DNA of 64,000 nucleotides from a bacterium GBS-1 (GTDB lineage: Bacteria; Synergistota; GBS-1): assembly GCA_001443005.1 (NCBI GenBank), contig LEKQ01000016.1:10788-74787 (forward strand), read 5' to 3'. Position numbers and translations under genes: made by a program. How positions within the stretch are numbered: position 1 is the first letter of the stretch; every line of letters starts with the position of its first letter. Under the pieces are notes generated by a model, which saw only the letters and a list, made by a program, of their open reading frames with translations, had not been told where the DNA came from and did no database searches. Shown here piece after piece: positions 18,086-26,411 of this stretch.

Positions 18086-18290
18086 AGAAAAAACTTCCCA
18101 ACCAGCCCGAGCTGTTGGGAATTAATACCCATATAGTCGGTCTACCGGCTCATGGATCATCCTACTCTCCGCGCCTTCCCAGCTCAAACCAGAGCCAGTG
18201 GCGTTTATGCGGATTTCGTCCCCAATCACGGTTGCTGGGCAGCCCCGGACTTACACCGGTGTTCCCGTACACTACATGGGACAATCTATT
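18086..18290 (-). promoter_or_regulatory. Cobalamin (B12) riboswitch with terminator-type expression platform, leader of cobT-cobU-TIM barrel-cobS
   Basis: Minus strand reads GGGAACACCGGTGTAAGTCCGGGGCTGCCCAGCAACCGTGA...GCCACTG...GGGAAGGC...AGCCGGTAGACC (B12-box-like). It is followed by the hairpin TTCCCAACAGC-TCGG-GCTGGTTGGGAA plus TTTTTT (18086-18121). Confidence 0.8.
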
Positions 18291-18363
18291 CGTTTATGAT
18301 TGAAAAACTTTGTAATCTTACATTTGCTAAAGTTTCAATGCTTTTAGTTAATAGTATTAACCT

Positions 18364-18403
18364 AAAAAGGGGTAGGTCGCTGGAAACGAACCTACCCCTT
18401 TTT
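18364..18403. terminator. Intrinsic terminator downstream of the encapsulin gene
   Basis: AGGGGTAGGT-(12 nt)-ACCTACCCCT flanked by A-run and T-run, so it reads as a terminator on both strands. Confidence 0.7.
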
Positions 18404-18430
18404 GCTTCAATTATATTTTATTTAAAAACT

Positions 18431-19228
18431 TTAGAACTTAAGGTAGACGAAAGCCTCCGGGTTAATCACCCTAAAGGTAAAGGTCTCAACTATAAAGAGC
18501 TTGACCTTGGAGCCCTCTTGAGCCTCATATCCTATAGATAGGTCCTGTCCCAGTATCAGCTCGAAATCCTTTCCCCTTTCAGATATTACTATCGCGTCAT
18601 CTATCCTCGGCGTGGGTATTATCTTACCATCCTCGAGAATATCTTCTATCTTTTCATACAACGGATAGGCCTTGCTTTCCTTGACGAGCTTAACCCACTT
18701 ATCGATATTTATAACTAGGGTGTAAGGTCCATTGATACCATGGGTTTTGAAGTTAGATAGAGCCTTAAAGAGGCTTTCTATGAAGTCTTCCTCGTTAAGG
18801 GAGGATTTAACCTCTCTTGAATCTTTATAGGCTAAGATACCTTTTATTCCCGATCTTTCGCACCCTTCAAATATAGCGCCATCTTCAAAGGCGGCCATAT
18901 TTCTTACCGCCTCTTCTAACGCTGATAGATCTACAGCTGGGTGTCCTCTCTCTATCTTATCGAGCTCCTTTAGATCAAGGTAGAAGTAGGTCTTCGCTTC
19001 AACCAAGGGTAATGCTTTCCTGAGCCCGAATATAACCGATTCCCCCTCCTTCGAGAGTATCTCAACCTCACCTGCAGGATGAGCAGCGTAATCCCAACCG
19101 AATGGGCCGACGACATCAACGACTAATCTTCCGAAAAGCTGTGTGGAGAAAACTTCCTTCGCTCTTTCATCTATCTCCTTCCACTGATTGGGAGTCAGAG
19201 GGGATATCGATCTTCTTAATATATCCAT
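18431..19228 (-). CDS. Family-1 encapsulin shell protein (HK97 fold, linocin M18-like)
   Basis: 265 aa. It aligns along its whole length with my recollection of the Thermotoga maritima encapsulin (..LRRS..PLT..QW.EID.RA.E.F..QL.GR..VDV.GP.GW.YAAHP.GEVE...GPYTLVIN.D.W...IITTPRI.DA.V.SERG.DF.LILGQDLSIGYE....V.LFI.ETFTF.V.NPEA...LKF). Confidence 0.9.
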   Translation of the reverse strand: MDILRRSISPLTPNQWKEIDERAKEVFSTQLFGRLVVDVVGPFGWDYAAHPAGEVEILSKEGESVIFGLRKALPLVEAKTYFYLDLKELDKIERGHPAVDLSALEEAVRNMAAFEDGAIFEGCERSGIKGILAYKDSREVKSSLNEEDFIESLFKALSNFKTHGINGPYTLVINIDKWVKLVKESKAYPLYEKIEDILEDGKIIPTPRIDDAIVISERGKDFELILGQDLSIGYEAQEGSKVKLFIVETFTFRVINPEAFVYLKF

Positions 19229-19234
19229 CTTCCT

Positions 19235-19591
19235 TCACCCCCTTTTAACCTTTCTTATCTCCAGATCTCCGCCTTCAGATCCTCCACCTGCACCGGCCTC
19301 AATCTCCGTAAGCGGCTCAGTTGTGAAAAGGTAGGTTCTCAAGGCTTTATCCCACCCAGGCATATTTCTCCTAAGCCATTCAAGGAGCATGGCTGCATGC
19401 TCCATCTCTTCCTCCTGATTGTGCTTCAATACCTCCCTTATCGTCTCGTCGTTCGTAGCGGAAGCTCTCTGCTGATACCACATTATAGCTTCTATTTCTT
19501 CCTTTAGGCTGATTAGTGCTCTAGTAAAGTCTCTATCCTTGGGCGTTAACTCGTTTATCGGCTCATGGTATTGTTCTGCCATATTTTTCAC
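19235..19591 (-). CDS. Encapsulated ferritin-like protein (EncFtn/Flp cargo) with C-terminal targeting peptide
   Basis: Ferritin-like E-x-x-H motifs (EEIEAIMWY, EEEMEHAAM). Gly-rich linker, then the tail GGDLEIRKVKRG, resembling the T. maritima cargo-loading peptide GGDLGIRK. It lies 6 nt upstream of the shell gene. Confidence 0.85.
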   Translation of the reverse strand: MKNMAEQYHEPINELTPKDRDFTRALISLKEEIEAIMWYQQRASATNDETIREVLKHNQEEEMEHAAMLLEWLRRNMPGWDKALRTYLFTTEPLTEIEAGAGGGSEGGDLEIRKVKRG

Positions 19592-20319
19592 CTCCTGTCA
19601 TTAAATTAACTTCAACGTTCTTTTAGTTCCTTTAATAATTCTATCACAATATTAGGTTGACTTAATAGAGGATATAGAAATATTTTCAGGGGGTGAAGAG
19701 AGTTTTTATAAATGGTGTCAGTGATGTTTTTTCGTTGAAGTCCGATGGTGCGAAATCCTTGGAGATCAGCGAGGAGTAGGTGTCTTGAAAATTTAAGAGT
19801 GCTTGATTTTGCTTGGTCCAAATGGGTTGCTAATCCATCTACGAGGGGTTTAATTAGTGGCGCTTAGACACTTTGGACAACAATTTCCAAATGGTGAACT
19901 GGCGTGACAAATTAATGTGGTACGCTTAAAGTTTCACGTGAGTTATGCGTTGTCAGCTACAGGTCTACTTATGAGGGATTGGAATAGGTTTAAGTTTTAG
20001 AAATTCGTTTAGACTCTGATACGTTTCGAATTCCTCTGCAGGGGTTGAAATGGGCGTATCCGAGCACTTCGGATAGTAATTTCCATATTGAGAGCGTAAT
20101 CGTGAGAAACTGAAATGTTTGGGTAGATTTTTTTTGATTTTGCTATTGTAGGCGTTTAGAGGCCATCCATGAGTGGTTGAAATCAAGTTAGTAATTTCTT
20201 TAAAATTTTTACTTGGAAGGATAAGTTGCGAGCTTAAGCGCTGGGTTCGAAACCGCTATAGATCAGTGAAGTTAGAAGCATCGAATATTTTTAAGTCGAA
20301 GGGGGTATATTTTAAGGCT

Positions 20320-21060
20320 ATGAGGCCAGTAATAGGCATAAGTACGGCGTGGAGCGTGGAAACTTGGGGTGATACTTTGGAACACGGTGGTTATATTTAC
20401 TGTGGCTCATACTATATCTTTGCTGTGGCAAGGAGTAATGCCATTCCAATGATGGTCCCACCGGTACCTGAGGAGACGAACCTTCAAGAAATGGCGAAGA
20501 AGGTAATAGATCTGGTGGATGGGCTTTTGCTAACAGGAGGAGGTGATGCGAAGCGTTTCAAGCCAGAGGAGATGCCACCCTTAAAGGTACAACAACCATT
20601 GCGGTACGAGTTTGAGAGGCATCTGATCAAAGAGGCATTTGGGAAAAACTTGCCTACCCTGGGTATTTGCCGCGGTTATCAGATGATTGCTGAAGTTTTA
20701 GGAGGGAGCATTGGAGAAAGTATAATTTCTGGTCATAAGCAAAAGGGACCAGGTACCCAAGCTTTTCATGGTATAAAGATCGACCCCAAAAGCAAATTCT
20801 ATGAGATATGTGGCATCGATTACTGGAAGGTCAATAGCTTTCACGTTCAGGCTGTTGAGTCTCCTCCACCAGGGTTTAGAGTGGTGGCCTTAAGCGATGA
20901 CGGTGTTATTGAAGGCATCGAGGCGATTGACAAGGACTTTTTCATCGGCGTTCAGTTCCATCCAGAGGAGTTATTTCCTGTCGATCAGGTGGCCCAAAAG
21001 CTATTTCTCAAATTCATAGAGGCTGCTAAAGTTTATAGAAATTCTATGAAGTCTCGGTAG
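20320..21060 (+). CDS. Class-I glutamine amidotransferase / peptidase C26 (gamma-glutamyl-GABA hydrolase PuuD-like)
   Basis: MRPVIGIS..., nucleophile elbow GICRGYQM, FIGVQFHPE catalytic His/Glu motif. The ORF-track start at 20173 adds an implausible N-terminal extension. Confidence 0.8.
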   Translation: MRPVIGISTAWSVETWGDTLEHGGYIYCGSYYIFAVARSNAIPMMVPPVPEETNLQEMAKKVIDLVDGLLLTGGGDAKRFKPEEMPPLKVQQPLRYEFERHLIKEAFGKNLPTLGICRGYQMIAEVLGGSIGESIISGHKQKGPGTQAFHGIKIDPKSKFYEICGIDYWKVNSFHVQAVESPPPGFRVVALSDDGVIEGIEAIDKDFFIGVQFHPEELFPVDQVAQKLFLKFIEAAKVYRNSMKSR

Positions 21061-21138
21061 GTTGAGGTAAAAGGATTTCCAGCATTAGAGGAAGCTATAA
21101 GAGCTTAATAGATATATTATGAAAAAGGAGGGGGAAAG

Positions 21139-22539
21139 ATGATGCGGTTTCTTCCAGAGTTCATAAGGAAACCACATAATTACGTGATCATATTCATGCT
21201 TATTATCTTAGCTACGATAGCTACTTGGGTGCTTCCAGCTGGTGAATACGAACGCGTGAAGGATCCGAAGTCAGGGAAAACCGTGGTAGTGGCGGATTCG
21301 TTTCGTTACGTCGAGCAAAAACCCGTAGGGCTATTCAAGATGCTACAGGCAATTCCGAAGGGTATTAGAGGAGCTGTCGGTATAATAGCTTTCGTTTTTA
21401 TAATCGGTGGAGCGATTCAGATAATTCGCGGCACAGGTGCTTTAGATGCGGCCATAATTACTATGGTGAGAAAGCTTAAAGGTAGGGATTTGCCGCTGCT
21501 TATTGCCATAATGATTATGTTTTCATTGTTAGGTGCAGCCTTCGGTTTTGCGGAGGAGACCATCCCGTTCATTCCGCTTGGGGTTGCTTTAGCTGTGGCT
21601 CTTGGATATGATCGGGTGGTTGGATTCCATATTGTTAGGACAGCGGCGTGGATAGGGTTCGCTGGAGCCTTTTTGAACCCATTTACCATAGGAGTTGCTC
21701 AGAGTATAGCTGAGTTACCACTCTTCTCGGGCCTTGGCTATAGGCTCCTTTGTTACGCGGTCTTTTTGGTGATAGGAATTTGGTTTATAATCAGTTACGC
21801 GCAGAAGGTGCGTAGGGATCCTAAGAATAGCATTATTTACGATTACAAGAGTGAGGTTGAGCGTAAGGACCTCGAGCTTGACTTCACACATAGTGAGTTC
21901 ACGACAACTCATAAGATCGTGCTCGGTGTGCTGTTCGTCACGATAGTGCTGTTAATATACGGCGTTATCAAATATGGCTGGTATACAACCGAGCTTTCAG
22001 CCCTGTTCTTGGGAGCTGGAATTATAGGCGGTTTAATAGGCGGTTTGTCGATAAACAGGATAGGCCAGGAGTTCGTTAAAGGGATGACGAGCGTAACTTA
22101 CGGTGCTATGATTATAGGTTTCGCCCGTGCGATTGTGGTTGTATTGGAAGATGGTAAGGTGCTTGACACTATAATTCATGGACTTTCTGCTCCTCTGGCA
22201 GGGGTTGGAAGCGTTACAGCGGCTGTCGGAATGTTCATCATTCACACAATTATAAACTTTTTCATAGGTTCTGGAAGTGGTCAGGCTGCGGCTACTATGC
22301 CGATAATGGTACCGTTATCGGATCTTATCGGTGTGACAAGACAGACGGCGGTGCTTGCATTCCAGTTTGGAGATGGAATTACCAATATGTTCTATCCCGC
22401 TATGATGTATTACCTTGTATTTGCTGATATTCCTTACGAGCGTTGGGTTAAGCATATATTCTGGCTTACCCTATACCTTACCATAGCTGGTGGTGTGTTA
22501 GTGGCCATCTCTGCGATGATAAACTACGGACCTTTCTAA
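21139..22539 (+). CDS. YfcC/DcuC-type anaerobic carrier family membrane transporter
   Basis: 466-aa polytopic protein. The N-terminal pattern (F...P....I.F.L.I...I.TW..PAGEY.R) and overall length fit the YfcC family. Confidence 0.65.
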   Translation: MMRFLPEFIRKPHNYVIIFMLIILATIATWVLPAGEYERVKDPKSGKTVVVADSFRYVEQKPVGLFKMLQAIPKGIRGAVGIIAFVFIIGGAIQIIRGTGALDAAIITMVRKLKGRDLPLLIAIMIMFSLLGAAFGFAEETIPFIPLGVALAVALGYDRVVGFHIVRTAAWIGFAGAFLNPFTIGVAQSIAELPLFSGLGYRLLCYAVFLVIGIWFIISYAQKVRRDPKNSIIYDYKSEVERKDLELDFTHSEFTTTHKIVLGVLFVTIVLLIYGVIKYGWYTTELSALFLGAGIIGGLIGGLSINRIGQEFVKGMTSVTYGAMIIGFARAIVVVLEDGKVLDTIIHGLSAPLAGVGSVTAAVGMFIIHTIINFFIGSGSGQAAATMPIMVPLSDLIGVTRQTAVLAFQFGDGITNMFYPAMMYYLVFADIPYERWVKHIFWLTLYLTIAGGVLVAISAMINYGPF

Positions 22540-22615
22540 GTAAGACCTTTAACGTTCGTAATCCAATAGTTAAAATAAGTCGATAGTGATTACCAAAGGA
22601 TCGATTTAAGCTTGG

Positions 22616-22658
22616 CTTAGAGGGGAAACACATTTAAGGTTTCCCCTCTAAGCTTTTA
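22616..22658 (+). terminator. Intrinsic terminator after the transporter gene
   Basis: CTTAGAGGGGAAAC-(9 nt)-GTTTCCCCTCTAAG followed by CTTTTAT. Confidence 0.75.
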
Positions 22659-22779
22659 TCTGCCAGATTTTGACTCGTGATCGCTGGAGAGCAGGGGATG
22701 TAGAGAGGCTAGCCTTGGGTTAGTTCCTTACTTTAGAAATATGGGGGAGCGTGAGGGGTAGCAATATCCTCTCAATTTA

Positions 22780-23229
22780 TTGGGTGAGGATATCGCGGAG
22801 AAGGCTTTTTCTGTGGCAGAGGTAGAGGAAGGGAAGCTCGCCTGATATCGGAGCGGGAACCGGCTTTATCAAAAAGAGCTGATTCGCAGGAGGTTGAAAG
22901 TGATTGCTGTTGATTATGTTTTCGCTAATATGTGTTTGCATAAAAAGGGAATGGGGAGGATACTTAAGCCAAGGGGAAAGCTGGTTATTAAAGATTTGGA
23001 TGAGCATCACGATCGCTGGATGGGTTTTAAGAGGGAAGATATAAGAAAGTGGTTTAAAGAGATGGGGATTAAAGAGATAGGCGTAGGTTGTGCAGGTGAA
23101 AACTGCTGTGCTCAATCTTGTGGTGGGGGAGAATATGCTAGCGTTAGTATATTTATATTCATCGCGTTGGGGCAGAAGCGATGTTTTTATCAAATTTTTC
23201 ATGGGCTTTTGAAAAAGCTATTGATATAA
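22780..23229 (+). pseudogene. Decayed class-I SAM-dependent methyltransferase (two frameshifts plus an internal deletion)
   Basis: Motif I DIGAGTG is encoded at 22844-22864 in a frame closed by stops on both sides. The flanking pieces (..EEGKLA*, ELIRRRLKVIAVD) are in other frames. Only the C-terminal part (YVFANMCLH..ILKPRGKLVIKD) remains as an ORF (22894-23229). Confidence 0.6.
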
Positions 23230-23277
23230 ACTGAGAAATTGCTTATAATATGGGAAAAAGCTTGGGAGGTGAGGGGT

Positions 23278-23556
23278 TTGACGAAGGCAGAACTTGTCCG
23301 GGAAGTTGCTGAGAGGACGGGTATGACCAAGAAGGATACTGCCTTAGTTGTTAACGCTGTTTTTGAGACGGTAATGGATGCCCTGTCTAAGGGGGAAAAG
23401 GTTCAGATAGCTGGTTTTGGGATATTCGAGGTTAGAGAGAGGGCCGAGAGGGTCGGAAGGAATCCAAGAACTGGTGAGGAGATTAAGATTCCACCTCGGA
23501 AGGTCCCCGTTTTCAGGGTAGGTAAGGAGCTCAGGACGAAGGTTACCGGTACGTGA
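23278..23556 (+). CDS. hup: Nucleoid-associated DNA-binding protein HU
   Basis: (M)TKAELV..VAE.TGMTKKD....V......V...L..GEKVQI.GFG.FEVRERAER.GRNP.TGEEI.IP..KVP.F..GK.L. TTG start at 23278 after GGGAGGTGAGG. Confidence 0.9.
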   Translation: MTKAELVREVAERTGMTKKDTALVVNAVFETVMDALSKGEKVQIAGFGIFEVRERAERVGRNPRTGEEIKIPPRKVPVFRVGKELRTKVTGT

Positions 23557-23579
23557 GAAGGAAGTTTTCATGTTTTTGC

Positions 23580-23610
23580 GGGAAGGCTGGGGATCCTGGC
23601 CTTCCCTTTT
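23580..23610 (+). terminator. Intrinsic terminator after hup
   Basis: GGGAAGGC-(11 nt)-GCCTTCCC followed by TTTT. Confidence 0.65.
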
Positions 23611-23619
23611 ATAATTATC

Positions 23620-24342
23620 ATGAAGGTCTTTTTTGCTTTTCTTTTGCTTATTGTCCTTTATAGAGGCTGGAAGAAGGGAATAGTTCAAGGGTTTTTAAGA
23701 TCGATAAGGCTTTCTTCCATTTTCCTTTGGCTTTTAGTGAGCATTACTTTAGTTTTCCTTGATTCCTATTTTACCTTTAGCAGGGCACAGGGAGGGCTAA
23801 GGTATATCTCGAAGTTCGGTAATATAGTTGGGGATGCTGATATTGTACTTCCTATTTTGATTTCTATAGTTTTACTCTTCATCTTTTTTCGCTCTGAAAG
23901 TCGGGAGGAGTTATTCATAGAGCTTGTTTGCGTTATTACCTTAACCACTCTTTTAGGGGATGTCTTCAAGGTCCTCGTGGGTAGGGCGCGTCCCTATATG
24001 GGAATGGGTGTTTTTTCCTTTTTTAACCTTTCTCACTCCTTATTCAGCAACGATTTTCAGAGCTTTCCTTCAGGACATGTCCTTTTCTTTTCTTCATTAT
24101 GCACTTGGTTTGCCTTTAGGCTCGGGTGGTGGTTCAGGTTTATCCTTCCTCTGCTTCCTATAGTTGTGGCTTATAATAGATTGGAGAGTAATAATCACTA
24201 CTTTTCGGATGTTTTCTTCTCCTGGGTTTTGGGGTATGTTATTATAGCAAGATATATGAAGGAGGTGAGAGGGACTGAAGAGGGGCCTCTGGCTAGTAGC
24301 GCTTGTGTTATTCTGTCTTTCATCAGGCGTTTACTCCCTTGA
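23620..24342 (+). CDS. PAP2-family membrane phosphatase
   Basis: Polytopic protein with the three PAP2 motifs: KVLVGRARP, PSGH, SNNHYFSDV. Confidence 0.8.
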   Translation: MKVFFAFLLLIVLYRGWKKGIVQGFLRSIRLSSIFLWLLVSITLVFLDSYFTFSRAQGGLRYISKFGNIVGDADIVLPILISIVLLFIFFRSESREELFIELVCVITLTTLLGDVFKVLVGRARPYMGMGVFSFFNLSHSLFSNDFQSFPSGHVLFFSSLCTWFAFRLGWWFRFILPLLPIVVAYNRLESNNHYFSDVFFSWVLGYVIIARYMKEVRGTEEGPLASSACVILSFIRRLLP

Positions 24343-24856
24343 TAAGGGGAGGATATATGATGGAGTTTTAACCTACGCTAAGGAGATCCTTGAGATCTCC
24401 ACCCTTTCTGAGAGGGCGAAGAGGGGATTTTATGAGGGCGTTGAAAGGGGCTTGAGGGATGCGATTAACTTCATTGAGGGGTTAAGCGTTGAGGAAGACC
24501 TTATAATAGATAATCTTAAAGAGATAGTGAAGTCTTCTCTCTTGTGGAGGTTTTCCGGGGAGGGTGTACGAGCCTTTATCGGAGGTTTTGGTAGACTAAT
24601 ATGTCTGGGTTTTAGCGTTGACGGCTCAGGTAAGATAGTGAAGAGGTTTATAGTAAGAGAGGTTAGCGCTTCTCACCTTAAGAAGATCCTTGAGCTCAGC
24701 GGTATACTTATAAACAGGTATGGCTTTCAGGCTTCATCGATAGAGTCATTCCTTCTGGAAAAGCTTTCTATGTTGGAAGAGAAAAGCAAAAGCGAGCTCG
24801 TTAAGTCTATAGTGGATCATTTAAGGGGGAAGATTCAAGAGGCGAAGAAAAAATGA
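24305..24856 (+). CDS. Hypothetical protein
   Basis: The ORF is co-directional and overlaps both neighbours. No motif recognised. Start uncertain: a hydrophobic LWLVALVLFCL segment lies upstream of the GTG in the same frame. Confidence 0.4.
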   Translation: MLFCLSSGVYSLDKGRIYDGVLTYAKEILEISTLSERAKRGFYEGVERGLRDAINFIEGLSVEEDLIIDNLKEIVKSSLLWRFSGEGVRAFIGGFGRLICLGFSVDGSGKIVKRFIVREVSASHLKKILELSGILINRYGFQASSIESFLLEKLSMLEEKSKSELVKSIVDHLRGKIQEAKKK

Positions 24857-25581
24857 ATGGTTATACTTTAGACGTCTTTTTGAGGGGTAGATTAAAGCTT
24901 TATCAACCTAAGGAGGGACCGCGCTTCGGTGTTGAGGCCCTTTTGCTTACTGATTTTCTGACCCTCAGACCTAAGGATAGGGTTATAGAGTTAGGGACAG
25001 GAACGGGAATAGCTCTCCTTCTTTTAGCTCTTAAGGTTCCGGTGATGAAGTTCTTCGGGCTTGAACTACAGAAGGAGCTTGTGGAGATAGCCAGAAAGAA
25101 CGTTGAGATAAACGGCTTTGATGATAGAATAGAGATAGTTGAGGGGGATTTAAGGAAGATAGAGGAGACGTTTTCTCCTGGTTCCTTTACTGTTGTTTTA
25201 GGTAATCCTCCCTATATACCATTGGAGGCAGGGAGAATCCCTTCGGATAGAGTGAGGGCCCTGGCTTACACGGAGGAGGGTTGTACCCTTGAGGAGTTCC
25301 TGAAGGCTTCGAGATATCTTCTTTCCACAGGTGGTAGGCTTTATCTAATATACAGGCCCTTTAGGCTACCCGATCTCATCTTCCATATGAGGAGATTGAA
25401 ACTGGAACCTAAGGAGATCAGGTTCGTTCACTCTAAGGCGAGTGAAGATGCGGAGTTCGTGCTGGTCAAGGGCGTTAGAGATGGCTCTCCCTCACTTAGG
25501 GTTGCTTCCCCCCTCGTTCTTTACAATGAGGATGGTAGCTACAGCGATGAGCTTAAAAGAATATACATGGGTGAAGTTTGA
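24853..25581 (+). CDS. N6-adenine class-I SAM methyltransferase (tRNA1(Val) m6A37 YfiC/TrmN6-like)
   Basis: ELGTGTG SAM motif, GNPPY catalytic motif, length about 240 aa. Confidence 0.65.
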   Translation: MNGYTLDVFLRGRLKLYQPKEGPRFGVEALLLTDFLTLRPKDRVIELGTGTGIALLLLALKVPVMKFFGLELQKELVEIARKNVEINGFDDRIEIVEGDLRKIEETFSPGSFTVVLGNPPYIPLEAGRIPSDRVRALAYTEEGCTLEEFLKASRYLLSTGGRLYLIYRPFRLPDLIFHMRRLKLEPKEIRFVHSKASEDAEFVLVKGVRDGSPSLRVASPLVLYNEDGSYSDELKRIYMGEV

Positions 25582-26411
25582 TGCCCCTTTATATCTGTCC
25601 TACTCCCATAGGAAACCTTGAGGATATCACCCTTAGAGTTTTGAGGATTTTAAAGGAATCTGATGTTATATTCGCTGAGGATACGAGAAGGGCTAGGATA
25701 CTCTTAAGCAAATACGATATAGAGAGTAAGAGACTTTATAGCTATAATAAGGATAATTGGAGAAAGAGGATACCTCTTCTTGAAAGTTTGCTCCTTGAGG
25801 GAAAGATCGTCTCTCTTATAAGCGATGCTGGAACCCCCGGTATATCTGATATGGGTGTTGAGGCAATAAGACTCTGTGTGGATAAGGATTTTAAGGTTGA
25901 GGTTCTGCCCGGACCAACAGCTTTCGTTCCCGCTCTTCTTCTTTCTACCTTTACCCCTCACCCTTTTCTCTTCTATGGCTTTCTTCCTTCTCAGCGAGGG
26001 AGAAGGAGAAAGGTCTTATCTTCCTTGAAGAGTCTTCCCTTCACTTTGGTGTTTTATGAAGCTCCTCATAGGATATCCGAGAGCTTGTGTGATATACTTG
26101 AAGTGTTAGGTGATAGGAGAGGGTGCTTGGTAAGGGAGATAAGCAAGGTTCATGAGGAGGCCTTAAGGGGAAAGATATCTGAGCTTCTTGAGAGGTCTAA
26201 GGATCTAAAGGGAGAGATGGTGTTAGTCATAGAGGGGTGCCTGAAAGAGCCTGAGGTGAAGGAGGATTCTTTAGAGGATAAAATACTTCTTTTGATGAAA
26301 GAAGGATTTTCTTCGAAGGAGATAGCTCAGGAGCTTCATGATAAATTTGGGTTGTCTAAAAAGGAGGTTTATAAAAAGGTTTTAGAGTTGAAAGGGAGGG
26401 GTGAGTTTTGA
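25578..26411 (+). CDS. rsmI: 16S rRNA (cytidine1402-2'-O)-methyltransferase RsmI
   Basis: LY.C.TPIGNLEDITLR.L..L...D.I.AEDTR, SDAG.PGISDPG-like and YEAPHR motifs of the tetrapyrrole-methylase-fold RsmI. Confidence 0.9.
   Translation: MMPLYICPTPIGNLEDITLRVLRILKESDVIFAEDTRRARILLSKYDIESKRLYSYNKDNWRKRIPLLESLLLEGKIVSLISDAGTPGISDMGVEAIRLCVDKDFKVEVLPGPTAFVPALLLSTFTPHPFLFYGFLPSQRGRRRKVLSSLKSLPFTLVFYEAPHRISESLCDILEVLGDRRGCLVREISKVHEEALRGKISELLERSKDLKGEMVLVIEGCLKEPEVKEDSLEDKILLLMKEGFSSKEIAQELHDKFGLSKKEVYKKVLELKGRGEF

Noticed and set aside
19612-20186. Minus-strand ORFs of 69 and 73 aa in the large intergenic gap
   Set aside because: No RBS, no recognisable domain, and the frames are interrupted nearby. 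They are treated as non-coding or decayed sequence rather than genes.
20040-20190. Possible degenerate CRISPR array, suggested by the recurring GGTTGAAAT
   Set aside because: Only two 9-nt copies occur, about 130 bp apart. There is no longer shared repeat, no regular spacing and no cas genes in the window.
20238-20256. tRNA-like T-arm (GCGCTGGGTTCGAAACCGC) that could mark an integration scar
   Set aside because: The stem is only 4 bp and no acceptor or anticodon arm can be built around it. No integrase or direct-repeat partner was found. It is mentioned only as part of the unexplained gap.
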